From the IMG/VR virus record IMGVR_UViG_2773857811_000001, positions 3,742 through 67,741 of that record: a stretch of 64,000 nucleotides of DNA. The stretch is one strand, 5' to 3'. The notes beneath the pieces are model-generated. The model was not told the origin of the DNA. It saw only the letters and a program-made list of their open reading frames with translations, and did no database searches. The position numbers were made by a program, and so were the translations under genes. This DNA comes from a virus (taxonomy: Duplodnaviria > Caudoviricetes). Below are positions 47,161 to 56,522 of this stretch, piece after piece; position 1 is the stretch's first letter, and each line of letters opens with the position of its first letter.

Positions 47161-47907
47161 ATGGCAGTAAAATTTAATGCTGAAGGCTTTGCCGAAACCA
47201 GTGGCGAAATCACCGTCTATTCCACGGATTATCAGGGAATTTACAGCCACAGTACAACTGAATTTGTTAGCGAAGGAGGAAGTCTTTCGGCGGGAAGCTA
47301 TTTAGATGCCCCACCACAACCCAAACAAGGCTTTGTGATTGTACGAGCAGATAACAGTTGGCAATATCAAGCCGACCATCGTGGTTCTTATTACAACACG
47401 GAGACTGGAGAGAAAGTGGAGCACATCACGTTGGGCGAATTGCCAGACAATTTAACCGCACTTGCACCGCTTACTGAACCCTGTAAGTGGAATGGCACGA
47501 CATGGGTGAAGGATGAAACAAAAGCTGCCGAATTTTTTGCCCAACGTAAAGCATCATTACTTATCATGCTTGCCAACAAAGCTGACACATTGAAATCAGG
47601 CTTATTAGTCGGCTATCCACAAACCGAAATCGACAGTTTCTATCGCCAAGAGAAAGAAGCCTTAGCATGGCAAACCGATCATAGCGCCGATACACCAATG
47701 CTAAAACAAATTGCTAAAGTGCGTGGTGTCCCATTTGAATTATTAGTTGAAAAAGTGATTGAAAAGTCTGCTCAATTTGCCATAACAATTGGTGTCATTA
47801 TCGGGCAAAGACAAGCATTTGAAGATCGCCTATTAACTTTAAAAACGCCTGATGATTTAACCGCTATTGAACAGGAAATTGACGCATGGACATTAAACTT
47901 AAACTAA
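47161..47907 (+). CDS. Tail fibre assembly protein
   Basis: N-terminal half homologous to 31163-31918; C-terminal YP..EI.SF..Q..EA.AW domain. Confidence 0.85.
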   Translation: MAVKFNAEGFAETSGEITVYSTDYQGIYSHSTTEFVSEGGSLSAGSYLDAPPQPKQGFVIVRADNSWQYQADHRGSYYNTETGEKVEHITLGELPDNLTALAPLTEPCKWNGTTWVKDETKAAEFFAQRKASLLIMLANKADTLKSGLLVGYPQTEIDSFYRQEKEALAWQTDHSADTPMLKQIAKVRGVPFELLVEKVIEKSAQFAITIGVIIGQRQAFEDRLLTLKTPDDLTAIEQEIDAWTLNLN

Positions 47908-48164
47908 AAAGATATGGTTATCATATTGTTATTGCGATTGACCAACTCTTTAATGCACTCACCGGTGGTGCGGCAGATGAAACCTTATCAAGCCGAACAT
48001 ACCGTGGGGCAATGTTAACACCACAACCGAAAAAGCGTTGGCGTGTGCTTTATCGAGTCATCAATGGCTTGTTCTGCGATAGCAATCACTGTCGTACAGC
48101 GTATGAAAGTGAAATCAGCGGCAAACAGCACGATGAACAATTTTCCACACAATCAACACAATAA
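47886..48164 (+). CDS. Conserved phage hypothetical protein
   Basis: IAIDQL.NAL.GG..DETLSSR...IN.LF....HC pattern. Confidence 0.8.
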   Translation: MDIKLKLKRYGYHIVIAIDQLFNALTGGAADETLSSRTYRGAMLTPQPKKRWRVLYRVINGLFCDSNHCRTAYESEISGKQHDEQFSTQSTQ

Positions 48165-48166
48165 CT

Positions 48167-48195
48167 AAAAGTGCGGTCAAAATTGACCGCATTTT
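48167..48195 (+). terminator. USS-pair hairpin terminator
   Basis: AAAAGTGCGGTCAA-AA-TTGACCGCATTTT. Confidence 0.7.
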
Positions 48196-48214
48196 GTTGC
48201 CTCGCCTTTCACAC
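48192..48214 (+). promoter_or_regulatory. Ogr-type activator site of the late promoter upstream of FI
   Basis: TTTTGTTGCCTCGCCTTTCACAC, paralleled at 43751-43773. Confidence 0.65.
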
Positions 48215-48293
48215 ATCCAACCGCTCGCACCGCTCCATTCTCTCGATCACAATAAAGACATTATTTAACCAATAGAAACCATAGGGCTAAAAT

Positions 48294-49478
48294 ATGTCTG
48301 ATGAATATCTCCATGGGGTCAAGGTAACGGAAATTGCCGAAGCCTTGCGAACACTCACCACATCATCCACTGCTGTGATCGGTTTAGTGGCAACCGCACC
48401 TGATGCAGATGCAACTGTTTTCCCACTCAATAAACCCACTCTTTTAACCGGTATCACCGCAGAAGTCCAAGCGAAAGCCGGTAAACAAGGCACATTATCC
48501 CGTGCATTGGATGGCATTGCGGATATTGTAAATTGTAAAGTTGTGGTCATTCGTGTGGAAGAAAGCGATGACGAAAGCACAATGAAAGCAAACGTCATCG
48601 GCACAGTGGACAGCGAAGGCAATTACACTGGTTTAAAAGCGTTCTTAGTCTCTGCTGCCGTTTGTGGCGTGAAACCGCGTATTTTCTGCGCGCCGAAGTA
48701 TGACAGCCAAGATGTCACCACCGAGCTTTTAAGCGTGGCGAAAAAATTGAATGGCTTTGTGTATGCATCGTGCGGTTCAGCAAAAACCAAAGAAGAAGCG
48801 GTCACTTATCGCCGCAATTTCTCACAACGCGAATTAATGCTGATTTTTGGGGACTTCTTGTCGTTTAACCCAAACACCGAGCAAACTGAAATCGATTATG
48901 CCGTGGTTCGTGCGGCAGCAATGCGTGCATATCAAGATAAAGAATACGGCTGGCACACCTCCATTTCGAACAAAGGCTTAACTGGCGTGACCGGTGTCAC
49001 TAAGCCACTGTCATTCGACATTAATGACAGTGCAACCGATGTCAACTATCTAAACGAACAAGGCATCACCTGTTGCGTCAATCACAATGGCTTCAAATTA
49101 TGGGGCTTACGCACCTGTTCAGCAGACAAATTATTCATCTACGAAAACTACACCCGCACCGCACAAGTGTTGAAAGACACCATCGCACAATCTTTTGATT
49201 GGGCTGTAGATAAAAACATCAGCGTAATGTTGGTGAAAGAAATCGTGGAAGCGATCAACGCGAAATGGCGCGAATATGTGGCGAAAGGTTACTTAATCGG
49301 CGGTAAAGCATTTATCAATTCATCACTGAACACTGCCGCCACATTAAAAGATGCAAAATTGCTTGTGTCTTATGATTACTGCCCTGTTCCGCCATTAGAA
49401 CAATTAGGCTTTAACCAATACATCAGCGATGAATACCTTGTGGAATTCGCCGCAGAGATTGCCAAAGTAGGAGCATAA
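48294..49478 (+). CDS. FI: Tail sheath protein
   Basis: Y.HGV.V.E, FPLN.P.L, GVKPRI, GWH.S.SN and YENYTRTAQVL motifs. Confidence 0.96.
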   Translation: MSDEYLHGVKVTEIAEALRTLTTSSTAVIGLVATAPDADATVFPLNKPTLLTGITAEVQAKAGKQGTLSRALDGIADIVNCKVVVIRVEESDDESTMKANVIGTVDSEGNYTGLKAFLVSAAVCGVKPRIFCAPKYDSQDVTTELLSVAKKLNGFVYASCGSAKTKEEAVTYRRNFSQRELMLIFGDFLSFNPNTEQTEIDYAVVRAAAMRAYQDKEYGWHTSISNKGLTGVTGVTKPLSFDINDSATDVNYLNEQGITCCVNHNGFKLWGLRTCSADKLFIYENYTRTAQVLKDTIAQSFDWAVDKNISVMLVKEIVEAINAKWREYVAKGYLIGGKAFINSSLNTAATLKDAKLLVSYDYCPVPPLEQLGFNQYISDEYLVEFAAEIAKVGA

Positions 49479-49481
49479 CAA

Positions 49482-49988
49482 ATGGCTTTACCACGTAAAT
49501 TAAAACTCATGAACTTCTTGGCAGACGGTAATTCTTACCGTGGTCAAGTCACCGAAATCACCCAACCTAAATTGGCAATGAAACTGGAAGAATACCGTGC
49601 AGGCGGCATGATTGGTCCAGTGAAAGTGAATTTAGGCGTGGAAGGCTTGGAAGCGCAATTCAAAATGGGCGGTTACATGACCGAACTCATTAAAGAATTT
49701 GGCGGCAAAATTGACGGTTCGGCATTACGTTTTGCGGGTGCATACCAACAAGACGACACAGAAGAAGTCACCGCCATTGAATTGATTATGCGTGGTCGTT
49801 TCAGTGAAATTGACAACGGCACAAGCAAATCAGGCGATGACACCGAACAAAGCTACACCGTGCCATTAACCTATTACAAAATCATCGAAAACGGCAAAGA
49901 TTTGGTCGAGATTGATTTGCTCAACTCAATCTTTATTGTCGGCGGCACTGACCGTTTAGCAGAACACCGTTCAGCGATTGGCATCTAA
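49482..49988 (+). CDS. FII: Tail tube protein
   Basis: MALPRKLK..N, YR.GGM and D.LAEHR.AIG motifs. Confidence 0.96.
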   Translation: MALPRKLKLMNFLADGNSYRGQVTEITQPKLAMKLEEYRAGGMIGPVKVNLGVEGLEAQFKMGGYMTELIKEFGGKIDGSALRFAGAYQQDDTEEVTAIELIMRGRFSEIDNGTSKSGDDTEQSYTVPLTYYKIIENGKDLVEIDLLNSIFIVGGTDRLAEHRSAIGI

Positions 49989-49997
49989 TCACCACCT

Positions 49998-50020
49998 AGC
50001 CCCGCAAGGGGCTTTTATTA
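49998..50020 (+). terminator. Hairpin terminator after the tube gene
   Basis: AGCCCC-GCAA-GGGGCT followed by TTTATT. Confidence 0.7.
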
Positions 50021-50066
50021 AATCACTCCCCCACGCTTAAGCGTGGCATTTTTAAAGGTATAAAAA

Positions 50067-50360
50067 ATGAAAAACGAAAACAGCAAAGTGATCACATTAA
50101 CCAATCCACTTGTGCGTGGCGAAAACAAAATCACCGAAATCACCGTCAACAAACCCACCGTGCCGGCATTAAAAGGCTTAAAAATGTTTGACGTGTTGCA
50201 AATGGACGTGGATGCATTACAAGTGTTACTCACTCGCGTTACAAATCCTGTGTTGCATAAATCAGACTTTTCCACAATGGAAGTGGCAGACTTCACCGAG
50301 CTTGCGGCGGTGGCTGTCGGTTTTTTAGGGAAGAATTCGGAAGCGGAAGCGACCGAATAA
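50067..50360 (+). CDS. E: Tail assembly chaperone E
   Basis: L..P..RG...I..I...KP....L.G and V.GFL end. Confidence 0.9.
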   Translation: MKNENSKVITLTNPLVRGENKITEITVNKPTVPALKGLKMFDVLQMDVDALQVLLTRVTNPVLHKSDFSTMEVADFTELAAVAVGFLGKNSEAEATE

Positions 50361-50506
50361 TGATTGCCGCCACGGTAGAAGATGCCATGGCGGATATTGC
50401 ACTGATTTTCCATTGGCAACCACAAGCCTTTGAGCAAATGACATTTGCCGAATTAATGACATGGCGAGAAAAAGCAAGGGAACGGAATGAAACAGAAAAT
50501 GATTGA
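50321..50506 (+). CDS. E': E' extension via -1 frameshift at T6
   Basis: TTTTTT at 50321-50326; the -1 frame reads ...MADIALIFHWQP...M...EL..WREKA. Confidence 0.88.
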   Translation, partial: FFREEFGSGSDRIMIAATVEDAMADIALIFHWQPQAFEQMTFAELMTWREKARERNETEND

Positions 50507-50612
50507 TTATGTATTAAATATGCCACGGCATATTGTATGGCGTGGGCTGTTAATCTCACTTGTTGTTTTTTGGTTGCTTGTGATTTTCGGCATTGCATTT
50601 CTCTTTCGCTAA
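50487..50612 (+). CDS. Small membrane protein (41 aa)
   Basis: MKQKMIDYVLNMPRHIVWRGLLISLVVFWLLVIFGIAFLFR. Confidence 0.5.
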   Translation: MKQKMIDYVLNMPRHIVWRGLLISLVVFWLLVIFGIAFLFR

Positions 50613-50674
50613 TTCATCAAGTGCGGTCAGAAATCACGGGATTTTTTGACCGCACTTTTCTTTAGGAATAAATC

Positions 50675-50830
50675 ATGAGATCAATTTTAGTCTTATTTTG
50701 CTATTTTCTATCAATCGTCGCCGTCACAGGGTGCGCAACATTTCTGATGTACAACAAAATCGATGGTTGGGGCTGGATTATTTTTATTGATGTTTTATTG
50801 GTATTAAAGCCAATCGAAGTTAAGGATTAA
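50675..50830 (+). CDS. Small two-TM membrane protein (51 aa)
   Basis: AGGA SD; MRSILVLFCYFLSIVAVTGCATFLMYNKIDGWGWIIF... Confidence 0.55.
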   Translation: MRSILVLFCYFLSIVAVTGCATFLMYNKIDGWGWIIFIDVLLVLKPIEVKD

Positions 50831-50835
50831 AAATA

Positions 50836-51273
50836 ATGTTTCAAAACTTTGCTTTAGCCGCACTTGGTATGTTCGTTTTTACACGGCAAACCGTGCCTTT
50901 CCAAAGCTTAGACCGCACATCAACGTGGCGACATCCAACTAATGCGATTGTGGGTGCTATGCCAAAATCACAATTCACCGGTAAGGAAAGCGAAACCGTG
51001 ACAATCGGCGGACGACTTATCCCCGAAATCACGGGCGGAAGATTTTCCATTAAAGCGTTGGAATTAATGGCAGACAGTGGCGGTGCCTTTCCGCTAATTG
51101 ATGGTGCAACCTTTGAAATTATCGGTTTTTTTGTGATCGAAAACATCCAAGAAACCCGCACAGAATTCTTTGGTGATGGTGCGCCACGTGCGATTGACTT
51201 CACCATGAACCTAAAACGCACTGACGACCCAATGTTGATTGCCATTGCTGATGCAATAATGGGGGAATTCTAA
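50836..51273 (+). CDS. U: Tail protein U
   Basis: ALGMFVF...T.PFQ, WRHP.N, L.PEITGG and DG.PR.IDF motifs. Confidence 0.95.
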   Translation: MFQNFALAALGMFVFTRQTVPFQSLDRTSTWRHPTNAIVGAMPKSQFTGKESETVTIGGRLIPEITGGRFSIKALELMADSGGAFPLIDGATFEIIGFFVIENIQETRTEFFGDGAPRAIDFTMNLKRTDDPMLIAIADAIMGEF

Positions 51274-52451
51274 TGTTTGATTTTGATACCAATCACCGCA
51301 CACCTCAATTTTCAGTAGAAATTGTAACGCAGGATAAAAAAAAGAAAGACATCACAACCGTTGTTGCTGATCGGCTGATTAGCCTGTCACTTACCGACAA
51401 TCGAGGACTGGAAGCTGACATGCTAGAAATTGAACTCTCCGACCATGACGGCAAACTAGCTTTGCCATCGCGCAACGTCACGATTAATCTTGCACTAGGT
51501 TGGAAAGGAGAACAATTAGTCGGAAAAGGAAGTTACATCGTAGACGAAATCCAGTTTAGCGGCGCACCGGATAGATTAGCAATTCGAGCAAGAAGCGCAG
51601 ATCTAAAAAGCAGTCTATTCGAGCAAAAAGAACGCTCATTCCACCAAATTCACCTAGGCGACCTAGTACAGCAAATCGCCAAGTCACACGGTTTAAATTG
51701 CTTTGTTGCTGCAGGATTACACAATGCGCTGATAGAACATATAGACCAAACCAACGAAAGCGACATCAACCTATTAACTCGCCTTGCCGAGCAATATGAC
51801 GCTATGGCGACCGTGAAAAATGGCGTCTTGCTATTTATGAATTTAGGTGCAGGGCAAAGTGTAAGTGGTAAGCCTTTACCGGCTTATCAAATTACAAAAA
51901 AACAAGGAGACAATTACAACTTTTCGATTGCCGAAAGCGAAAACTATAAATCCGTCCGAGCCTATTGGCACGACCCTGATAGCGGCAAACGCGGCGAAAT
52001 AACGGTAGATACCAACACATCTATTGTGAAAAAACAACGTATGACAAAAGGTCGAACGTTGAAAAATGGTACAGTAAAAGGCAGACGGCTAAGCAAACGA
52101 AAATACAATGTAGTTGTGCAACAAGAACCCATCACAAGCGACAGCACACAAATAAAGACATTACGCCACACCTACGCGACCGAAAAAACGGCAATTATTG
52201 CCGCTAAATCCGCTTTTGATAAGTTAAAACGAGGCGTTGCCACATTTAATCTAACGCTTGCTTTTGGTGACCCCATGTTGATGCCGGAAACTATCGTTGA
52301 GCTTGCAGGGTTCAAGGCAGAAATTGACGCCACAACTTGGCTTATTACCAAAGTGACACACAATCTTTCAGATAGCGGCTTTACCAGTCAAATTGAATGT
52401 GAAATGAAAGTGGAAGATGAAGAAGTGGAAGTGAAAAAGGTGAAAAAATAA
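51273..52451 (+). CDS. D: Late control / baseplate hub protein D
   Basis: RLISL.LTDNRG.EAD, H.DQT.ESD..LL.RLA and GFK.EID motifs. Confidence 0.95.
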   Translation: MFDFDTNHRTPQFSVEIVTQDKKKKDITTVVADRLISLSLTDNRGLEADMLEIELSDHDGKLALPSRNVTINLALGWKGEQLVGKGSYIVDEIQFSGAPDRLAIRARSADLKSSLFEQKERSFHQIHLGDLVQQIAKSHGLNCFVAAGLHNALIEHIDQTNESDINLLTRLAEQYDAMATVKNGVLLFMNLGAGQSVSGKPLPAYQITKKQGDNYNFSIAESENYKSVRAYWHDPDSGKRGEITVDTNTSIVKKQRMTKGRTLKNGTVKGRRLSKRKYNVVVQQEPITSDSTQIKTLRHTYATEKTAIIAAKSAFDKLKRGVATFNLTLAFGDPMLMPETIVELAGFKAEIDATTWLITKVTHNLSDSGFTSQIECEMKVEDEEVEVKKVKK

Positions 52452-52623
52452 AATAGGAATCGTAAAAAGCGTAGTTTTCCACACGAATACGATTAAACTG
52501 AACATCACGCAATTATCAGAAAGTCCGACAATTTCACACGATCCAAAGGCATAATATTTGCCTAATTTTTTAGAATGGCAGTAAGGCAAAAAGTGCGGTG
52601 AGCTTTTTATGGGTTTTCCTTGT

Positions 52624-52650
52624 AAAAAAGCCTACGTGTTGCGTAGGCTA
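52624..52650 (-). terminator. Terminator of the defence operon
   Basis: AGCCTACG-N4-CGTAGGCT stem with a T tract on the minus strand. Confidence 0.75.
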
Positions 52651-52654
52651 TCTG

Positions 52655-54472
52655 TTACCAAGTATTCATTTGGAATAATCTTCCTGTATTATCCTCTGCA
52701 TCATTTAATTCAAGAATAATTTCATCAGGTTTAACACCATTATCTGATAATGTAACAACCTCATCTGACAATAATGTAATAAAGTGCTGAATACCAAATT
52801 GTGAATATTCACGAATAATATTTAATAAATTCCTTTTAGGATTATTATCAAGCGATTCTAAGATTCCATCATGATAAATAAAAGAATGATAACCTTGCTC
52901 AGCATAATAACGAGCGATTGCCATATCAAATGCAATACATAGTAACTTTTTAAATGATGTTCCTTTATCTTTATGATTTTTTACGCCCTGATTCTCGAAA
53001 TAAGCATCAAAATCAATATATCCTTTTGTATTTTGCTCGACCTTAATAATTGCCTGCTCTCCAACGACTGCCATAATAATTGAAACAAAATAATCCCGAA
53101 TTTTAATAAACTGACTATTTGAATCATTTCGCACTTTACAGGTTAAGTCTTGTTCAATAGATTGAACCAAATCACTGCGTTTCTGCTTTTCTTCAGCTAA
53201 AGTAGCATTTGCATTAAAGAGATCTTCAATAACGCTTTTTTGCTGTTCTAAAAGAATGAGCTCAGCTCTATTTTTATCTAAGAACGCAGATGTTTGTTTA
53301 TATTTTTCAAAAATTTCCTTTTCATTAAGAAATGATAATTTTTCACTTCTTTCTTGATTTAGTTCTATCAAGCGGGATTGAATACTTTCTATTCTAGAAT
53401 CTGTTTTTCTCAAATCATTAGATAAGTATTCATTTCTCTCTTGATTAATAGCCTGATTAAACCTAATTAGTTGGTCAAAATCTTTTTTCAACTGATCAGA
53501 AAAAAGCACGCCTGCTTCCTTAAAAAGAGAGATAGCCTCTGTTGTATCAAAAAGAATCTTTGTTGGCTCTAAGGAGCTTTCAAGGCGTTGCTTTCGCCCT
53601 TCTAGTTGGTACAACTGAGCATTTAATGAAACAATATTATCATCAATATTATCGACCAATTTTCGGATACTTTCTTTATCTTCGCTTCCGAAGTCAAGTT
53701 TTGACAATGCAATTTCAGCATTAGAAATTTGTGTTTTAATAAATGCAATTTGTGCCTCGATTTCAGAAAATCCTTTATGATCTACCCGATTAATTCTTTT
53801 TCTTAATTTAATTTCTTCATCTAACGCCTTGATTTCATCTTCTTTATTATACAAACGGCTCAATAGCTCATCATCAAATCCCAACAAACGAGATAGAAAA
53901 GGTTTCCAATCCTTATCTTTTGAACGGCTATTACGGCTTAATTTGAATACATCTGTAAAATCAGACTGCGTACGAAGCAAGTAAGCAAAAAATTTACGGT
54001 AAGAATATCCTCTTAGAAATTTAAATCCTAACAGACCTTCTAAATAGCTACGAGCCTCCCTAAAACTTAGTTGATAAGCTGACCACTCATCCGGCATTAA
54101 TCCCTGAAAATCTTGATTGGGGGAAGTATGCTTCTTAAAACTTATTTTTGAAGGATTACGCACAGTTCTACAAATTGTTAAATACTGGGGGATTTCTTCC
54201 GTTTTTGAATCATTTAAGTATATTTCAAGGTAAAACTCAAAGTCATTAAGCTTATCTACGGATAATAAAACATGTTTTTTATGCTCACAAATCAAACAAA
54301 AATCAATAATTTGGGCTAATGTAGATTTACCTAGATTATGGGAATGCTTTTTTCCATCATCTAAATATTTCTGTTTACTCATAACTGTTCCAACAACTGC
54401 ATTGACACCGTTATTGAACATTAAGGTTTTAAAAATATTCTCTTTATTTGAGTAAAGCTTCATTAATCGCAT
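52655..54472 (-). CDS. lmuB: Lamassu/ABC-3C SMC-like ABC ATPase (DUF2326-like)
   Basis: Walker A HNLGKST, long coiled coil, KGTSFKKLLCIAFD, Walker B FIYHDG. Confidence 0.85.
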   Translation of the reverse strand: MRLMKLYSNKENIFKTLMFNNGVNAVVGTVMSKQKYLDDGKKHSHNLGKSTLAQIIDFCLICEHKKHVLLSVDKLNDFEFYLEIYLNDSKTEEIPQYLTICRTVRNPSKISFKKHTSPNQDFQGLMPDEWSAYQLSFREARSYLEGLLGFKFLRGYSYRKFFAYLLRTQSDFTDVFKLSRNSRSKDKDWKPFLSRLLGFDDELLSRLYNKEDEIKALDEEIKLRKRINRVDHKGFSEIEAQIAFIKTQISNAEIALSKLDFGSEDKESIRKLVDNIDDNIVSLNAQLYQLEGRKQRLESSLEPTKILFDTTEAISLFKEAGVLFSDQLKKDFDQLIRFNQAINQERNEYLSNDLRKTDSRIESIQSRLIELNQERSEKLSFLNEKEIFEKYKQTSAFLDKNRAELILLEQQKSVIEDLFNANATLAEEKQKRSDLVQSIEQDLTCKVRNDSNSQFIKIRDYFVSIIMAVVGEQAIIKVEQNTKGYIDFDAYFENQGVKNHKDKGTSFKKLLCIAFDMAIARYYAEQGYHSFIYHDGILESLDNNPKRNLLNIIREYSQFGIQHFITLLSDEVVTLSDNGVKPDEIILELNDAEDNTGRLFQMNTW

Positions 54473-54473
54473 T

Positions 54474-54716
54474 TTATTTTCCTATATATTCAAAGGAATC
54501 ATTTGTTTGGTGATACTCAACTAAACCCAATAAATAAAGCAAATTTATTGCCGGCATAAATAAAACATAGTCGCAATCCGTTGCTTTTTTTACAACGGAA
54601 AGTAATTTATCAAAAGAGACATATCTACCCGCCTTTAATGATTTCAACATTAAAGTTGCAGCATACATAACTGATTTGTCAGGATCCGTATATTTATCAG
54701 GTTGAATTTTTATCAT
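54474..54716 (-). CDS. lmuC: Lamassu/ABC-3C middle component
   Basis: 80-aa small protein (P.KY.....S, AINLLYLLGLVEY....D) between effector and ATPase. Confidence 0.8.
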   Translation of the reverse strand: MIKIQPDKYTDPDKSVMYAATLMLKSLKAGRYVSFDKLLSVVKKATDCDYVLFMPAINLLYLLGLVEYHQTNDSFEYIGK

Positions 54717-54719
54717 ATC

Positions 54720-55673
54720 CTACTCTTTGCGACCTATATCACAATTCCAATACATATAATAAACCAATACTCGAACTCTTTTCTCAAAATCTTTGCCATG
54801 GCTCTTTTCACTTTCAACAAAATGAGAAATTAAATCTTCCAATCTTCTATTTATATAATTATCACTATAAAGGGCTTCAAGTTTGGCTTTAGTATCTAAA
54901 ACAAGATCTTTATAGTCTTCTTTTAACGCACTATTCTCTGGATTGCGTAATACATCATCAATCTGTCGAATGTAAGGGTCAAAATAAGCCATCATTATTT
55001 CAGCAAAATTAGGTGACGCATTATTTTTTTCATTCTTTGTGGCTAAATCACAACGTTCTAACAAGCTGTCATTGTCTTGCGGTTGACTATTTTTTGTTGA
55101 TTCAACTAATGACTTACATTTCCTTATTACACATGCAATATGACTGGCTGTCAATAACTCAGCATAAACTTCAATTAAATGCTCAAGCCCCGATTCCTTA
55201 ATGATTTCGGGATAACTATCAATTAAACGGTCAAGATATTCTCTACCTAATATTGCAATATTTTCATAAGGTAAACCTGTTTGTTGGTGAATAAGATTAA
55301 TTAGCTCTGGATGAGATTTCCCCGTTTCTTTTCTATTTGTCATTAATAAATAGAAACCGATTTTCCCTTCTTCTACCATTTTTTTTAGTTTAGGAAGCTC
55401 TCCCTCAACAATACTTTTAAACTCTTTCCGTCCTGTTGTGGCATCAAAATTTTGAGTATGTTTTGCCTGAATAACAACAATCTTACTTCCTTCGGTTTTC
55501 CAAGGTGTGGTAACGCTTGGAAAATCATTTGCTGTTCCAGAGAATGAACCATCACGCCCACCATCTGGACCTTTAGAAAATCCAGCTACGCCACGCCCAA
55601 GAATCTTAGCACAACAGGAAATCGTAAAAACCTCAAAATCAGCATCATTTTTAATAAGTGAAACAAAGTTCAT
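54720..55673 (-). CDS. lmuA: Lamassu/ABC-3C effector with Mrr-like nuclease and C-terminal docking domain
   Basis: FE....GPDGGRDG...IQAKH nuclease motif; C-terminal YYMYWNCDIG. Confidence 0.8.
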   Translation of the reverse strand: MNFVSLIKNDADFEVFTISCCAKILGRGVAGFSKGPDGGRDGSFSGTANDFPSVTTPWKTEGSKIVVIQAKHTQNFDATTGRKEFKSIVEGELPKLKKMVEEGKIGFYLLMTNRKETGKSHPELINLIHQQTGLPYENIAILGREYLDRLIDSYPEIIKESGLEHLIEVYAELLTASHIACVIRKCKSLVESTKNSQPQDNDSLLERCDLATKNEKNNASPNFAEIMMAYFDPYIRQIDDVLRNPENSALKEDYKDLVLDTKAKLEALYSDNYINRRLEDLISHFVESEKSHGKDFEKRVRVLVYYMYWNCDIGRKE

Positions 55674-55744
55674 TTTCTCTATCCATTTTTATCTTTTGTT
55701 ATGTTGATGATAATTTCCCCCCTACAAATCCTTCGGGTTAATCG

Positions 55745-56422
55745 CTACCACTTCTTCATCTTCATCGGCAAGCTAAACACCACGCGCCCATGAATATAAA
55801 TCGGGTCGTCGGTGTGAATTTGCCAAGGTTCGTATTTTTCTTTGTTGTCGGACATCGCCCACATTTCTCGGCCACGTTTTTGCAAGCGTTTAATGAATGT
55901 GTGATCATCAAAGGTGAACACATAAAGCCCATCGGCACTGAAATAATTTTCTGATACATCGACATAAAGTAAATCGCCGCTTTCCAATGTCGGCGCCATG
56001 CTATCGCCTTTCACCGCAATAATTTTTAAATTTTTAGCATCGGTGCGCCCAAATTGGCGGCGGAAGAAATCCAAGTCAAACTCTTGTGCTAATAAGCCTT
56101 GTTCTGTCCGAGTTAAAAACGTGCCATTTCCTGCACTGGCTTCAATATCCAAAATTTCTACTCGGATAGTGTCTTTTGCCAAAGGTTCATGCAGATTAAC
56201 GACGCGCACCGTGTCGTCAGTAAAGCCCAATGCATTTTTCGTTACATCAGGAAATGAACTTATATGATATTCAAACGCACCGCCTTTTATACCTTTGGCT
56301 TCGCGCATTTTCCAATTTTCATTTTTTGCCTTGCGAGTGATATTTGTTGCTTGAGCAGGCAATCCATCTAGCCCTTCTAACTCTTTTGCCGAGTACCATT
56401 CTTTCATTTTTGATTTCCTCAT
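55745..56422 (-). CDS. Prophage repressor: Mu-type DNA-binding domain plus S24 peptidase
   Basis: KEWYSAKEL.GL.GLP......RKAK.E.W..R...G..GG.FEYH; ASAG.G, GDSM and IKRLQ. Start may be 56407. Confidence 0.88.
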   Translation of the reverse strand: MRKSKMKEWYSAKELEGLDGLPAQATNITRKAKNENWKMREAKGIKGGAFEYHISSFPDVTKNALGFTDDTVRVVNLHEPLAKDTIRVEILDIEASAGNGTFLTRTEQGLLAQEFDLDFFRRQFGRTDAKNLKIIAVKGDSMAPTLESGDLLYVDVSENYFSADGLYVFTFDDHTFIKRLQKRGREMWAMSDNKEKYEPWQIHTDDPIYIHGRVVFSLPMKMKKW

Positions 56423-56522
56423 AAGATTTTTTAAATCTTTTTTAAATCACATATTGATTTAGAAAAGATTTAGTTATAATATCTCAAACAATGTAAACAA
56501 ACACAGAAACACAATGGCAATA

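Noticed and set aside
30682-47498. Diversity-generating retroelement (template/variable repeat) explanation for the two similar fibre tips
   Set aside because: There is no reverse transcriptase in the window, both copies are coding, and the differences include many non-adenine and synonymous changes.
35669-52451. Domesticated tailocin (R-type bacteriocin) locus
   Set aside because: Terminase, replication and integrase genes are intact and the capsid break is a clean insertion. X, R, S and T are probably cut off from their promoter, so tail-only production is unsupported.
52368-52589. 73-aa hydrophobic minus ORF as a type I toxin
   Set aside because: It has a TTG start without SD, and its Phe/His-rich tail is the antisense of the Glu/Lys-rich end of gene D.
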